DNA of 64,000 bases. Source: Octopus vulgaris. Lineage: Eukaryota. Of the stretch, positions 13,857 through 27,469 are shown one piece after another. Made by a program: the position numbers and the translations under genes. Numbering within the stretch: position 1 is the stretch's first letter; each line of letters starts with the position of its first letter. The notes under the pieces are model-generated. The model saw only the letters and a program-made list of their open reading frames with translations. It was not told the DNA's origin and ran no database searches. The stretch covers positions 30,628,001 to 30,692,000 of the forward strand of contig OX597819.1 of NCBI GenBank assembly GCA_951406725.2. The letters are read 5' to 3'.

Positions 13857-14013
13857 CCACTTTTCCCCTTTCCTGAGCGTCTGTTAATACATACTTTGCA
13901 TGTACCACATGCTTGCGCTGTTGATTTTTTGTTCTTGAGTTTTTTCTTCGTTTTTTTTTTTTTGTTAATTATATTCCTCTGTCTTCCCTTCTCGGGATCT
14001 TTCCTTCTCCTTT

Positions 14014-14048
14014 GTTTCCGACGAAGAGCTCCGCTCGAAACGTTAAAC
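14014..14048 (+). ncRNA. Minimal hammerhead ribozyme motif (U4C variant, extra A after A9)
   Basis: gttt-CCGACGA-A-GAGC-tcc-GCTC-GAAA-CG-TT-aaac; stems I and II pair perfectly. Confidence 0.75.
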
Positions 14049-14222
14049 CCCCCTTTTTCTTTCCTAAGCGTCCAATAATACTTTATTTGTTCCATGTCCT
14101 CGCGTTGCTGTGTTTTTTGTGTTTTCTTGTTTGGATTAACTATATATGTATATATATATACGCACACATACACATATTCATATACACACATATATATATA
14201 CACCCATGCGCGTGCACGAGAG

Positions 14223-14301
<79 letters not shown>

Positions 14302-14639
14302 ATAGATAGATAGATAGATATACATAGACAGCTGGACAGACAGACAGGTGACAAGTAAGGAGACAGAACGAACAGATAGACTGACTGACTGATAGATAAC
14401 TCAAGAGATTGAAGCAAAAACTTAAAATTTTGTAATTCTTAGTTACATGCCTCCGATTTTCAAAAGAAATTTGTGAATGAAATAGGAAATTGTTAATAAA
14501 CATTCAGATAATGAATATAGAAAGGAAGCATTTGATTAGATGCAAATGTAAAGATAAAATTAAGTAAATGTAAAATATTTCATTGGGTGCGTATGTAAAG
14601 ATAAAATCAAGTAACTAAAAGTCAATATAAAAATAATCA

Positions 14640-14800
14640 TTCGTCTGTCTTTACATTCTGAGTTCAAATTCCGACGAGGTCGACTTTGCATGTCATCCTT
14701 TTGGGGTCGATAAATTAAATACCAGTTGAGTACTGGGGTTGATTTAATCGACTGGCCCCCTGCCCAAATATGTTGGGCCTTGTGCCTAGAGTAGAAAAGA
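14640..14800 (+). mobile_element. SINE family B, 5'-truncated, second tail type
   Basis: Core plus GGCCTTGTGCCTAGAGTAGAAAAGA tail. Confidence 0.8.
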
Positions 14801-15029
14801 CTATAAAAAATAATCAACAGAATAATCCAGTCATATAAATTGCAAGCATTTTAGGTCATTTACAAAATACCATTCACTCTCAAATACTATAAACTGTTTC
14901 AAAAAATGTCATAAGAGAAGAAAATGAGCAAATGTGATATAGGATTTACGGCGAGAAAATTTGTTATCTTTGAAAACACCCCCAGAATTCGCTTTCCGTT
15001 CACAAACCCATATTTAATATATATGCTGC

Positions 15030-15373
15030 GTGGAGGCGCAATGGCCCAGTGGTTAGGGCAGCGGACTCGAGGTCATAGGATCACGGTTTCGATTCCCAGA
15101 CCGGGCGTTGGGAGTGTTTATTGAGCGAAAACACCTAAAGCTCCACGAGGCTCCGGCAGGGGATGGTAGTGATCCCTGCTGTACTCTTTCACCACAACTT
15201 TCTAAGGGCCGGCCTTGTCACTCTCTGTGTCACGCTGAATATCCCCGAGAACTACGTTAAGGGTACACGTGTCTGTGGAGTGCTCAGCCACTTACACGTT
15301 AATTTCACGAGCAGGCTGTTCTGTTGATTCGGATCAACCGGAACCCTCGTCGTCGTAACCGACGGAGCGCTTC
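15030..15373 (+). mobile_element. SINE family C (tRNA-derived)
   Basis: A-box TGGCCCAGTGG and B-box-like GTTTCGATTCCC; body matches 48948..49228 (-), 56220..56481 (-) and the 3' fragment at 18720..18782. Confidence 0.85.
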
Positions 15374-16030
15374 ATATATGCTGTTATATGATAATGAAAA
15401 GAAGGAAAGGTAAAGCAAAGAACACAAAAGAAAGCAAAAGTAAAAATGAGAACAAAACATGTGAGTAGGAGATACTTTGCGTCAAAAAGTTTCTATAACA
15501 TCTCTCATAAAAACTACATCGCAAATATTTTGTATTATGCAAGCAACTACAAAGAATATCATTTGTTGAATTCAAGCAGTTTCCTATTCAGGCTTTTCGG
15601 TTCAGCGAAGACGTCAACTAAGTTTATTTCTGCTGCTAACAAGCTTATAAGCGGTCGTGCAACTGTAAAAGTAGACCAAGTCATAAGTTTCTTTCAATGA
15701 ACAAATATATCTCGAAAGGCCAATCGGAAATTCTCTATTTTGGGACACGAGAAATGAATGCTTGTGCGAGTAATTCCACGAGTCAAATTCGATCGTTATC
15801 GCATCTGTGGTGAGTGTGAGTGCATGTGTGTATTCGTAAAAGTGGGGAATAGCTATTCTTATAGACATATATTGAAAATACCACAATGTTCTAGTATATA
15901 TTAAAGTTTTCTTCGTATTCTTCGTATTTTTGTATGAGATTCTTGCGGCTCTTTTGTAGCAATAAAGTCTCTACATCCATCATCAACGTTTCTAGACTTA
16001 CATAGTCTCACCTTCAGAATACGTAGAGTT

Positions 16031-16086
<56 letters not shown>

Positions 16087-16323
16087 ACACACACACACAC
16101 AAACGCGCACACACATACACACTCACACACATACATGTATGTCATTGTTCCCCTTCTCTCTCCCCCTCTTTCCTCCTTCCTCCCCCTCCCCCCTTCCTTC
16201 TCCCCCTCCTCTCCTCTTCCCCCCTTTTCTTCCCCTCCCCTTCTCTCCTCCCTCTTCTCCCCCTCCCCCTCTTCTCCTCACTACACCACACGACTTTACA
16301 CATCACATCATATATGATGTGCC

Positions 16324-16660
16324 ATACTAATACATACACCAACTAATACATACTAATACGTACTAATACATACTAATACATACTAATACATACACCAACC
16401 CTATACATACACACGTCCAGACCCCTCATACGCACTTATACTCTCTCATACACACACACACACACTTATACATACTAATACGTACTAATACATACTAATA
16501 CATACTAATACATAGACCAACCCCATACATACGCACGTCCAGACCAATCCTACGCACTAATACTCTCTCATACACACACACACACACACACCCTTATACA
16601 TACTAATACATACACCAACCCTATACATACACACGTCCAGACCCCTCCTACGCACTATTA
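16324..16660. repeat. Short tandem array (about 110-120-bp unit x3) with internal (TACTAATACA)n
   Basis: CATACACACGTCCAGACC..TACGCACT occurs three times. Confidence 0.75.
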
Positions 16661-16840
16661 GCTGGTCCTTCAACCCTATTATCAACCCTATTATCAACCC
16701 TATTATCTCCCCTTATTTCGCTCTCGCGTCTCATGTTTGATCTTTGACCTCTGGCCGAAATCAGATCGCCATGTTGATTCGTTAGCTACTGCACGCATTT
16801 TTTTTCTCTCCTTCTTTCTGTGTTTTTTTCTCTCTGTGTA

Positions 16841-16878
16841 TCTTTCTGTTGAAGAGCGTAGGCTCGAAACGTTAAAGA
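16841..16878 (+). ncRNA. Minimal hammerhead ribozyme motif (A6U variant) in a short element ending at (TA)n
   Basis: tcttt-CTGTTGA-A-GAGC-gtag-GCTC-GAAA-CG-TT-aaaga, followed by CCTGAGCG..TAATAC as in the 13.8-14.1 kb copies. Confidence 0.72.
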
Positions 16879-16975
16879 CTTGTTTTATTTATATTTCCTG
16901 AGCGCCATACTAATACAATTGTTCGTTTGTTTTCCACCTGCCTTCGTCTTTTGTCTATTTTCATAAAGCTTCCCG

Positions 16976-17027
<52 letters not shown>

Positions 17028-17269
17028 CAGTGATTAATGCTCTTTATTATTACTATCAATAGATGTTATTAAGTCTGCGAGTTGGCAGAATCGTTAGCAT
17101 GCCAGATAAATTACGTACCAGTTGAGTAGTGGAGTCGATGTAATCGACTATCTCCCCACCCTCTCAAAATTTCTGGTTGTTAATAGATGTTATTGAGAGC
17201 TAAAATCTTGAAACTTCAGAGTTTTCATTTCCAAAAATTGGTCGAAAATTAAGAAGCTATAATATCGGT

Positions 17270-17460
17270 TTCAAACTTTGGCACAAGGCTAGCAAGTTCG
17301 GCGGGGATGGACTAAGTGTTCAACTGGTATTCATTTTATTAGCCTCGAAAGGATGAAAGATGAAGTCGATCCCGGTGGAATTCGATCTCAGAACGTAAAG
17401 ATGGACAAAATGCCGCAAAGCATCTTACACGGCGTGTTAACGATTTTGTCAGCTCGCTGT
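17270..17460 (-). mobile_element. SINE family B, diverged
   Basis: Degenerate core CGAAAGGATGAAAG..AAGTCGA; a further fragment at 17075..17180 (+). Confidence 0.7.
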
Positions 17461-17940
17461 CCTAACTAAGAGGCTATGATATCAAAAAGATGTTTAAAGA
17501 CCACCGTAAGCAATATTCAGAGAATTTCACACTGACGGGCCTACCACACGTTTTTGAAACAAAAGATCGTGTTAAATAAATCGTATGATTGTTAAATATA
17601 GATGTGTCAGAAATTAAATAAATGAATTAATGAATGGAGAAAGAAAGAAAGAAAGAAAGAAAAAAAGGGAGGAAGGAAGGAAGAAAAACAAAGAAAGGAA
17701 GAAAGAAACTGAAGAAGAAGAAGAAGAAGAAGAAGAAGAAGAAGAAGAAGAAGAGAAATCCGCAGTGGTGCAGATGATGATGATTTTGATATCGCATTTG
17801 GAACACAGATGGCGTAAAATTTGACAGAATAAAAATACATATGAAAAGCGTCAAAATATGTTAGCCATCAAAAATATAGACGTGGGGGGAAACACACACA
17901 CACACATACAAACACAAGTACACACACAAACGCACACACA

Positions 17941-18000
<60 letters not shown>

Positions 18001-18022
18001 AACATTTGTACATACATATATA

Positions 18023-18235
18023 TTTCTTTATTGTCCACAGGGAGCTAAACACAGAGGGGACAAACATGGACTCACAAACGGATTAAGTCGATTACATCGA
18101 CCCCAGTGCGTAACTGGTACTTAGTTAATCGACCCCGAAAGGCTGGAAGGCAAAGTCGACCTCGGTGGAATTTGAACTCAGAACATAACGGTAGACGAAA
18201 TACCGCTAAGCATTTCGCCCGGCGTACTAACGGTT
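18023..18235 (-). mobile_element. SINE family B
   Basis: Matches 31184..31408. Confidence 0.85.
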
Positions 18236-19137
18236 GTGCATATGTGCAAGTATGTATATCAGTTCATCGATCTAACAACCAGAGCCCAACCACTGGTAAC
18301 CATGTAACCCAGTTCAATCTATGCCTGGTCGGTAACTGATCCGGCAACCCCCCACTAAGTCTGGTTAGTGAGGAGACAGCCTTATGGACACCCCGCCTAG
18401 TGAAAAATAAAACCTGCCTGTGGGCGGACGAACTCAAGAAAACTTACAGCTATCCAATGTGTCTGTATGTATGAGCATAACTGCTGCATTTAGATACCAT
18501 AATTTCTGTAAATCCCTCGCTCATGAAGGCATACAGGAAATCTAACATAGACATGAATGATCATGATTCCCCTGTCGGCCGCACGGTTACATCTCCTATT
18601 GACATGTCATGGGTGTCTGAGGACTAAAGTTTTAGTCTTGCCATATTGATGTATGTCTTCGTTATTCTTGTAGGAGTAACAGGAGACGCTGCATGTTTTA
18701 AAGGAAAGAAGGGGTGCGAAAGGCTGTTCCGTTGATCGGATCAACCGGAACCCTCGTCGTCGTAACCGACGGAGTGCTTCCACAATGACAGTAATAGTGA
18801 GATGTTGTTTGCGCGCTTTGCAGAATACTGCAAAGGATCATGGAAGTACTGAAATAACTAATAAAATCGTTGTCGACAGCTTAAAAACTGTTTAATTCCT
18901 GATAGATTTCGTACGTTATTTCCCATGTGCTGAATCTCTACGTTCATTTTCTTCTTGTTTTATCAATAAATCTTCCATAGTTTTACTTGCTTAGTTTTGT
19001 GTGGAATTCTATATAGGGTAATAGTGACCGTGCCTTACCCTTATTTATAGTTGTAAAAAATTATTACCGTTGTATGGTATTTATTCCCATGCTGGCCACT
19101 TGATAATATCGATATTCAAATATCGATATTATCCTTA

Positions 19138-19196
<59 letters not shown>

Positions 19197-20081
19197 GGCG
19201 TATCTTCGGTATCTTTTTGAACTGGTGGAGACTCTTTTCAGGTCAAAGCTGATTTCTCCCAAGAAGAAAGAAAGAAACAAACAAACAAACAAACAAACAA
19301 ACAAACAATCAAACAAAGTGAAGGATTAGCCCCTGTACAGCTTGGGTGTTTTATTTATCGTCATCGAGAGAATGAAAGGCAAAGTGGATCTCATTGATAG
19401 TCGAACTTAGATCAGAGTCAGTATTAATACTGCAAAGCAATTTCTCTGACGTTCAGATCCTGCCTTATAGGAAGATTGTGCTAGTAATTAATGGGTTTTT
19501 TTTTCATTTTTTTTTTTTTACTTCTTGCACTGTACACTATACTGTAAAAGCTCCTTGTTGTGAATACGTGGTAAATCAATAAGTAAGTATCGTATTTGTG
19601 TGTCCAATGTAACATCTTGAATCAGAAAACTTGTGATAACATGTTTACATTCAAATTTATATATTGCATTATTTGCATGAAGAACATTCTATGACTTTCG
19701 GATACGTGGTTTGATACTGATGAGAAGTATTTTCATTCTGGGGGGGGGGGGTTGTATTATATTCAAAATCTGAATTTGTGAATAAAGGAAATACATGAAT
19801 TCTGGTTTATGTATTTTTATTGACGTAGTCATCCATTTTGTAAGTACCGTATTTGTGCGGTTTGAGTATTTTTAATGGGTGTGGCTCTGTTATATCTGTG
19901 TGGATGAATATGTTCTTGCAACTCTCACTCTCTCTCTCTTTCTCTTTCTCTCACTGACTCAGTTTCTCTTTCTCCATTTTTCTCTTTTTCTCTCTCTTCA
20001 AACATTAACCCCAATCTAACCCAAAGCCTGTCACGTGTGTATACATACATACATACATACATACATACATACATACATACA

Positions 20082-20127
<46 letters not shown>

Positions 20128-20254
20128 CGTGTGTATGTACGTATGTATGTATAGTCGTTTCAAATAAACGAACAATAAATTTAACGATAACAGACAACAA
20201 GAGGACGTGCACGAGAAATGCATTAGTTTTGACGCTCAGTAAAAAGTGGGAGTT

Positions 20255-20287
20255 TTTGATGTTTCGAGCATAGCTCTTCGTCGGAAA
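20255..20287 (-). ncRNA. Minimal hammerhead motif within non-autonomous element at about 20160..20355
   Basis: Minus strand ttt-CCGACGA-A-GAGC-tat-GCTC-GAAA-CA-TC-aaa; element lies between microsatellites. Confidence 0.68.
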
Positions 20288-20352
20288 TGAGAAAGGAAAA
20301 AGTCCCCCCAAAAAGAAAAGAAATCGCCAACAGCATGTGTGTAGTTACATTG

Positions 20353-20439
<87 letters not shown>

Positions 20440-20734
20440 ATTTTTTTCAGAATGAGATAAAATTCCAAGGCTGTGAAAGATTTTAGAACATTTATAAAAG
20501 TTCTAAAATCTTTCACAGCCTTGGATTTCTATCTCATGTTGATATATGACCTACGTTGGACTCCTCATTCGCATATTCATCGAACCTAGAGCTTAACTAT
20601 AGTCTGTCCACAGCACTTACTCACCATTACCTAACACCTTTGGGTCTTATTGACACCATTACCTCTCATAACCCATATGTATGTGTGTGTGTGCGTATGT
20701 GTGTGTGTGTGTGTGTGTATACATACATATATTT

Positions 20735-20950
20735 ATAATTATGAATGAAAAGCAGCGTTAGTATTGTAAACATTATCGACCGCACATACTCAACATATAT
20801 GTGTGTGTGTGTGTGTGTTTTGCTTGTTCGCCGTTTCTCTGCGGTAAAGAGCTCTAAGGACGACTCCTTCGTAACACTGGATGTTAAAACACCAGAAAGT
20901 CATATACAAGCGAGACAACACGCCTCCAATCCTGTTCAGGAGCAATGCAT
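20735..20950. repeat. Dispersed repeat homologous to the 5' flank of the 5S pseudogene (24010..24200)
   Basis: AAAAGCAG..TAGT..TAAACATTATCGAC..ACATACTCAA..GTGTTTTGC.TGTTCGCC..CTGCGG..ACACTG..TGTTAAAACACC is shared. Confidence 0.7.
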
Positions 20951-21969
20951 ACTTCTCCCCTTCACCGTTCCTATCTGTCCCTCTCTCTCCCTCATACTTC
21001 CTCCTTGACTCTCTCGTTGCTCACACGGGACCAGCGGTCATCTTTCTTCTCCCAACTCGAATTTCTTTCTTCTAACTCGAATTTCTTTCTTCTAACTCGA
21101 ATTTCTTTCTTTTCGTTCAGGTACAAGAGATAACACGCATTTTCGGCTGTCTCCTGTCAAAGCTTGTTTTCCAGCGTTCACCACTTCACCTCGTTATGGC
21201 TTAACAGCCCTTACCGTTTGTTTTAACTGTCCTGTTTTTGTTACCAGCTTTGACTCTCTGCAAATCCCAAATTTTATGTAATTTGTTTTGCGGGGCGACT
21301 GTTTTGACGAAGATGCATCTTGTCCTAACACTCGAAATGCGGAGTAGATAAAACAGTGGACAACTGATGAAGGGATTGTTATTTATGTTGCCTGTCTCGT
21401 TTTTCTATTTGTTTCTTTCGTTGTTCAAAAAAAGTTCGTTTTCCATGTTTTTGTAATTCATGTTCTCGTTTTTCCTGTTTACGTTTTTCTGACGTCCTGC
21501 GCCCACATATATGCATGTGTATATACATATATATGAAAACCCACTAGAATGGGAGCAAGCGCTAATCCGAATGATATGATATATATGTAAAAAATGTAAT
21601 ATATAAATAAATATCTACAAATATGAACCATCTGATCTGATTACCTCAATTTTTCTAATATATAATACCTGTACATCATCTCCAAACCTTCCGATACATA
21701 TATATGTATATACATGTATGTATGTATATATGCATATATATTATTTATATTATATCATATATATACTCTTTACTCTTTTACTTGTTTCAGTCATTTGACT
21801 GCGGCCATGCTGGAGCACCGCCTTTAGTCGAGCAAATCGACTCCAAGACTTATTCTTTGTAAGCCCAGGGCTTATTCTATCGGTCTCTTTTGCTGAACTG
21901 CTAAGTTACGGGGACGTAAACACACCACCATCGGTTGTCAAGCGACGTTGGGGGGACAAACACAGACAC

Positions 21970-23694
<1,725 letters not shown>

Positions 23695-23887
23695 TATATA
23701 TATATATATATATATATATACGACGGGCTTCTTTCAGTTCCGTCTACCAAATCCACGGCTTTAGTCGACCAGAGGCTATAGAAGAAGAGACTTGCTCAAG
23801 GTTCCACGCAACGGGACTGACCACGAAACCATGTGATTGAGGAGCAAGCTTCTAACTACACAGCTACGCCTGCGCCCAAAAAGTGAG

Positions 23888-24007
23888 ATGCTTACATCAC
23901 CTCGGTTTGACAAGCGATCACCTGTCGAAGTCCTAACTAGATTCGATATTGCTTAACTTCAGTGGTCAGACGAGAACCGGTGCATTCAGCGTGATATGGC
24001 AGTAAGA
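23888..24007 (-). pseudogene. 5S rRNA pseudogene (full length, diverged)
   Basis: Minus strand CTTACTGCCATATCACGCTGAATGCACCGGTTCTCGTCTGACCACTGAAGTTAAGCAA...GTTAGGACTT...GGTGATCGC...GGTGATGTAAGC aligns to metazoan 5S; T5 run just downstream (23878-23882). Confidence 0.88.
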
Positions 24008-24520
24008 ATAAATTCAATTATGGATTAAAAGCAGAGCTAGTGTTATAAACATTATCGACTGAACATACTCAATGCATGTGTTTTGCGTGTTCGCCCCGTT
24101 TCGCTGCGGGGACAACTCCCTCTTAGCACTGCGTGTTAAAACACCTGGAAGTCATTGGCAGGTAAAATAACTCGTCGCCAGTCCCATTTAGGTGCGATAG
24201 ATACAGTTATTTCACCATTTTTATGGCTTATCAACATCACTGGCGTCAGACTTTATCTTTTTTATCTACCTCATAAATAAAGTGACAAACACCCCACATA
24301 AGGAAAGGTAAAGTGGACTTAGTGAAAATCTCTGAAAATTAAGATAACTGGAATTTACTATACCCGAAAATAAAATGTAATGAATGAACTTAAAAGAGAG
24401 ATATGAATCACTTTCATCAGTAGGGATTTTTATACAACCATTCAAAGTGAATGGTCAATCGTATATTATTGATGTTTTATAACCTGATCAGCAATGGCTA
24501 GTATTTTTATTAAGGGAAGT

Positions 24521-24960
24521 TTATTTATTTGTGTTTGGTCTGTGGTATTTGTCTGCACACTGATAAAGTGGAGAGACTATGAATTTGGGAAATTTGGTTG
24601 TGGTGCATATGTCCAAATGTTCTCTGTGTAAAATTTGTCTATTCCAGGAATCTCGTATTTGCTGTCGATAAATCGTTAATCTGATTCTTAAGGTGAGTTT
24701 CCTTTTCCCAATATAATCTTCGCTGCATTCGTTGTAGTTAATAGACATATCAATTTTTTTCACTGTAATTGTGAAATTCATATGATGAAATTTATATGAT
24801 TTGTCCTTAGTAAGATTTGTACAAATTCTGCAATTAGAGCGATCACACTTCCTAACTGTTAGAGCTGATAGTTTTGTATGTGCGAGTGCGTTTATAATAT
24901 ATAGTTTCGGTTTGATTTTTACCTCAGGCAAGTTCATTTACCATTTCCTTTTATATCAAG
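24521..24960 (-). mobile_element. Decayed Penelope-like element C-terminus (GIY-YIG)
   Basis: KCDRSNCRIC...C.EDYIGK.KLTLRIRL..YRQQI....R...EHLDIC; a CTGATGA core remnant lies downstream at about 24414-24420 (-). Confidence 0.75.
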
Positions 24961-25292
24961 GAGTATTTTGGAGAAGGAAAATTGACGTTAACGTGACATT
25001 AAAACTACATCACAATTGCGGTTTAGTTGGAAGTAGCTTCTTGATCCGAGCTTCTTGATACAATCTGCAACAATTTATTACTATATAATACCAATCGTTA
25101 TTTCTTTCGGCGTATATCTCCTTTCCACATTGAAAACTATTTGGTTTGGAAGGACTGGGTAAAAGGTGGTTCACATGAGGCCTGTTGAAAGACACAGCAT
25201 TTGACGAGAAGGGTACAAAGAGGAGTAACTAAGGAATGTGTGAATGGAATTGGCCCAAGACCAGGCAACTCTGAGAAGCACAAACCAGTAGC

Positions 25293-25898
25293 CAGGGCCG
25301 TCTTAGTAGCATTATAGGTCTCCAGGTAAATCAGTACTTTGGGTCATATAGTATTTATTTATAGACAGCAAGCTACAACATGCATAGGAAAGAACTGAGT
25401 TCTTTTCGGTTTGAACGGCAGTTTTTAACATAATTTCTAGGTAACTAAAAAATTTTAAACTTCGTATACTGGTAGAAGGTGTTTATAAAACATCTTTTTC
25501 TCTTGGCTTTATTGAGAAAATTCTATAGTTTGTAAGATATTTGTTGTTGTTTTTTCTTCAATTTCTGCAATTTCAACCAATCACTGACGTCTATTGAGGT
25601 AAAAAAACATTCTGTGCCGTATGAATATGTCCCTCGTTTAAGAAACAAATTGGGTTTATTTACATTTGTGAAGAAAAAAAGATACCCTTCTCCCCACCCC
25701 TAACACTAACAAACCCTAACCCTAAAACAGATTGAAATGCAATAGATCGATACTAGGGTTATAATTATGGGTGGCAATTTCATATGACACCACTAGAAAA
25801 AACTGCCGTTCAAACCGAAAAGATCCAAGAACTGAGCCCCTAGACTTGTGAGGCTCCTGGGCAACTGCCCAGTGTGCCCATGCCTTAAGACAGTGCTA
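25293..25898. mobile_element. hAT-like MITE (outer element of a nest)
   Basis: Degenerate TIRs CAGGGCCGTCTTA / TAAGACAGTGCTA. Confidence 0.5.
25398..25826. mobile_element. MITE with about 28-bp TIRs, 8-10-bp TSD and internal CCCTAA repeats
   Basis: TCTTTTCGGTTTGAACGGCAGTTTTT / AAAAACTGCCGTTCAAACCGAAAAGA; AAGAACTG(AG) on both sides; CCCTAACACTAAC..CCCTAACCCTAA at about 25698-25724. Confidence 0.85.
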
Positions 25899-26655
25899 CT
25901 AGTTGTAGTGGAGTAAACAGCAGAGTGACGAGACAATTCATCTATAGGTAAGCAGTAGCAATGTGTTGGCGAGTGACTTTATGCTAGTCATCACTCTGTA
26001 CATCATTAACATAAGTAGCATAAAGTACAGCATGAAATATCCGGTGTGTGCTATATACACTTCCCTCTGTAAAATCCCTGAGGTTACACATATATTAAGA
26101 ACTAAACATTAACTTCCGGTACTTTTATTAACAACAAAAAGTTTATTTTTTATTTTTGCTATATTTTCAGTTAAAAAGCGAAACCACCAAATTAAAGATA
26201 TGAAATAGAATAGGACAAGAGCCAACGAGAGCTTCTATGCGGCCACTCAAACGGCTAGAAATAACAAAATCTCCATAAAACACACTCTACCATCTGAAAA
26301 GAGTGATATATTGGATAAGGTAATCCTAAATATATGCTGCCAAGAAAAATGAAGAACAAAAAAGATAGATTGGCCATAGCAGACTCAGGAATCAAATAAC
26401 AAGAATATTACACAAGAATAACAGCCACAACAGTAAAAGCAACCTTCTTTTTTTATTATTTTGACTGGATTTTTTAGGGTGGGAGGAGAGGAATAAAATA
26501 TTATTATATGCCCGTACCTTACCCGGTGTTCATTAACTGTATGTATACTGGAAGTGAAAGAGATACAACCAGGGGTTTGAAACCAGGCCACAAAGGCAGC
26601 ACACTGGAAACTACTTAGGCTTATGCACTTGATAGCTAGTAACAGCAACAACAGC

Positions 26656-26687
<32 letters not shown>

Positions 26688-26844
26688 ACAGATAAAAAGA
26701 AAGCCAGGTTTAATAATAGTCACAATCTACTAATGATGACGGTTTGCAGTTGATCTTCACCAGCGGAAGTTGCCTTTAGAATATCAGATTAATACTCAAC
26801 TTGTCTAATATCTACATGCCATAACAGTCGTCCTCTTCATCGGC

Positions 26845-26935
26845 ATCAGCATCATCATCATCATCATCATTATCATCATCATCAACATCATCATCATTAT
26901 CATCAACATCAACATCAACATCATCATCATCATCG

Positions 26936-26967
<32 letters not shown>

Positions 26968-27080
26968 GTCGTCGTCGTCGTTGTCGTCGTCGTCGTCGTC
27001 ATCATCCACATCATCAATATCATCATCATCATCAACAATACTACCAGCACCTCAACCACAACCACAACCACCACCATCTC
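26845..27080. repeat. (CAT/CGT/CAA)n microsatellite
   Basis: Direct inspection. Confidence 0.95.
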
Positions 27081-27469
27081 TACATGCGTCATGATCAGGA
27101 AGCTTCTAAACGGTCTCTCAACCGACAAGAAATCCCAGCCAATACTTATTCAATATATTCCGCACACACCTCACACCCCACCCCACCCCACCACACCCCA
27201 CCCCACCATCGCCTTAAATATAAAATATATATCATTACTACTACCACACTACTGCAGCTACTGTTGCTGTTGGTACTTTTTCTCTTGTTTTATTTCTTTT
27301 TCGTATATTTTTCTTTTCTCCTTTTATCGCCATTACCACCACCACCATAATACCATCACCATCACCACTACCATCACCATCACCACTACCATCACCACCA
27401 TCACAATTGCCGACTTCACTACCATCACCCGCTGCCATCACCACAATCATCACTACCGTTTCCGCAACC

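Larger units (their letters stand above)
13762..14140 (+). mobile_element. Non-autonomous hammerhead-bearing element, tandem dimer (PLE pLTR/retrozyme-like)
   Basis: Two diverged ~190-bp units, each with a hammerhead core and a downstream CTRAGCG..TAATAC motif; 5' part AATGTAACYAC..TGTTGGCGATTT shared with 20160..20355 and 53760..53985. Confidence 0.7.

Noticed and set aside
12020-14503. Numerous [12 protein letters not shown] ORFs here and throughout the window
   Set aside because: Translations of (TA)n, (CA)n, (CATA)n and (GATA)n tracts.
15030-15105. tRNA gene candidates at SINE heads (also 34720 and 32560)
   Set aside because: A/B boxes are present but continue into dispersed SINE bodies, with no complete cloverleaf.
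18285-18460. GC-richer segment considered as an HDV-like ribozyme at an RTE 5' end
   Set aside because: I could not identify P1-P4 nested pseudoknot pairings by eye.
21298-21375. Structured segment with TTGACGA...CGAAA and a following CTGATGA, considered as twister or type I/II hammerhead
   Set aside because: It has an 8-bp closing stem (ACTGTTTT/AAAACAGT), but I could not assemble a complete core with stem III and a cleavage triplet, and the twister loop motif is absent; at best a decayed relic.
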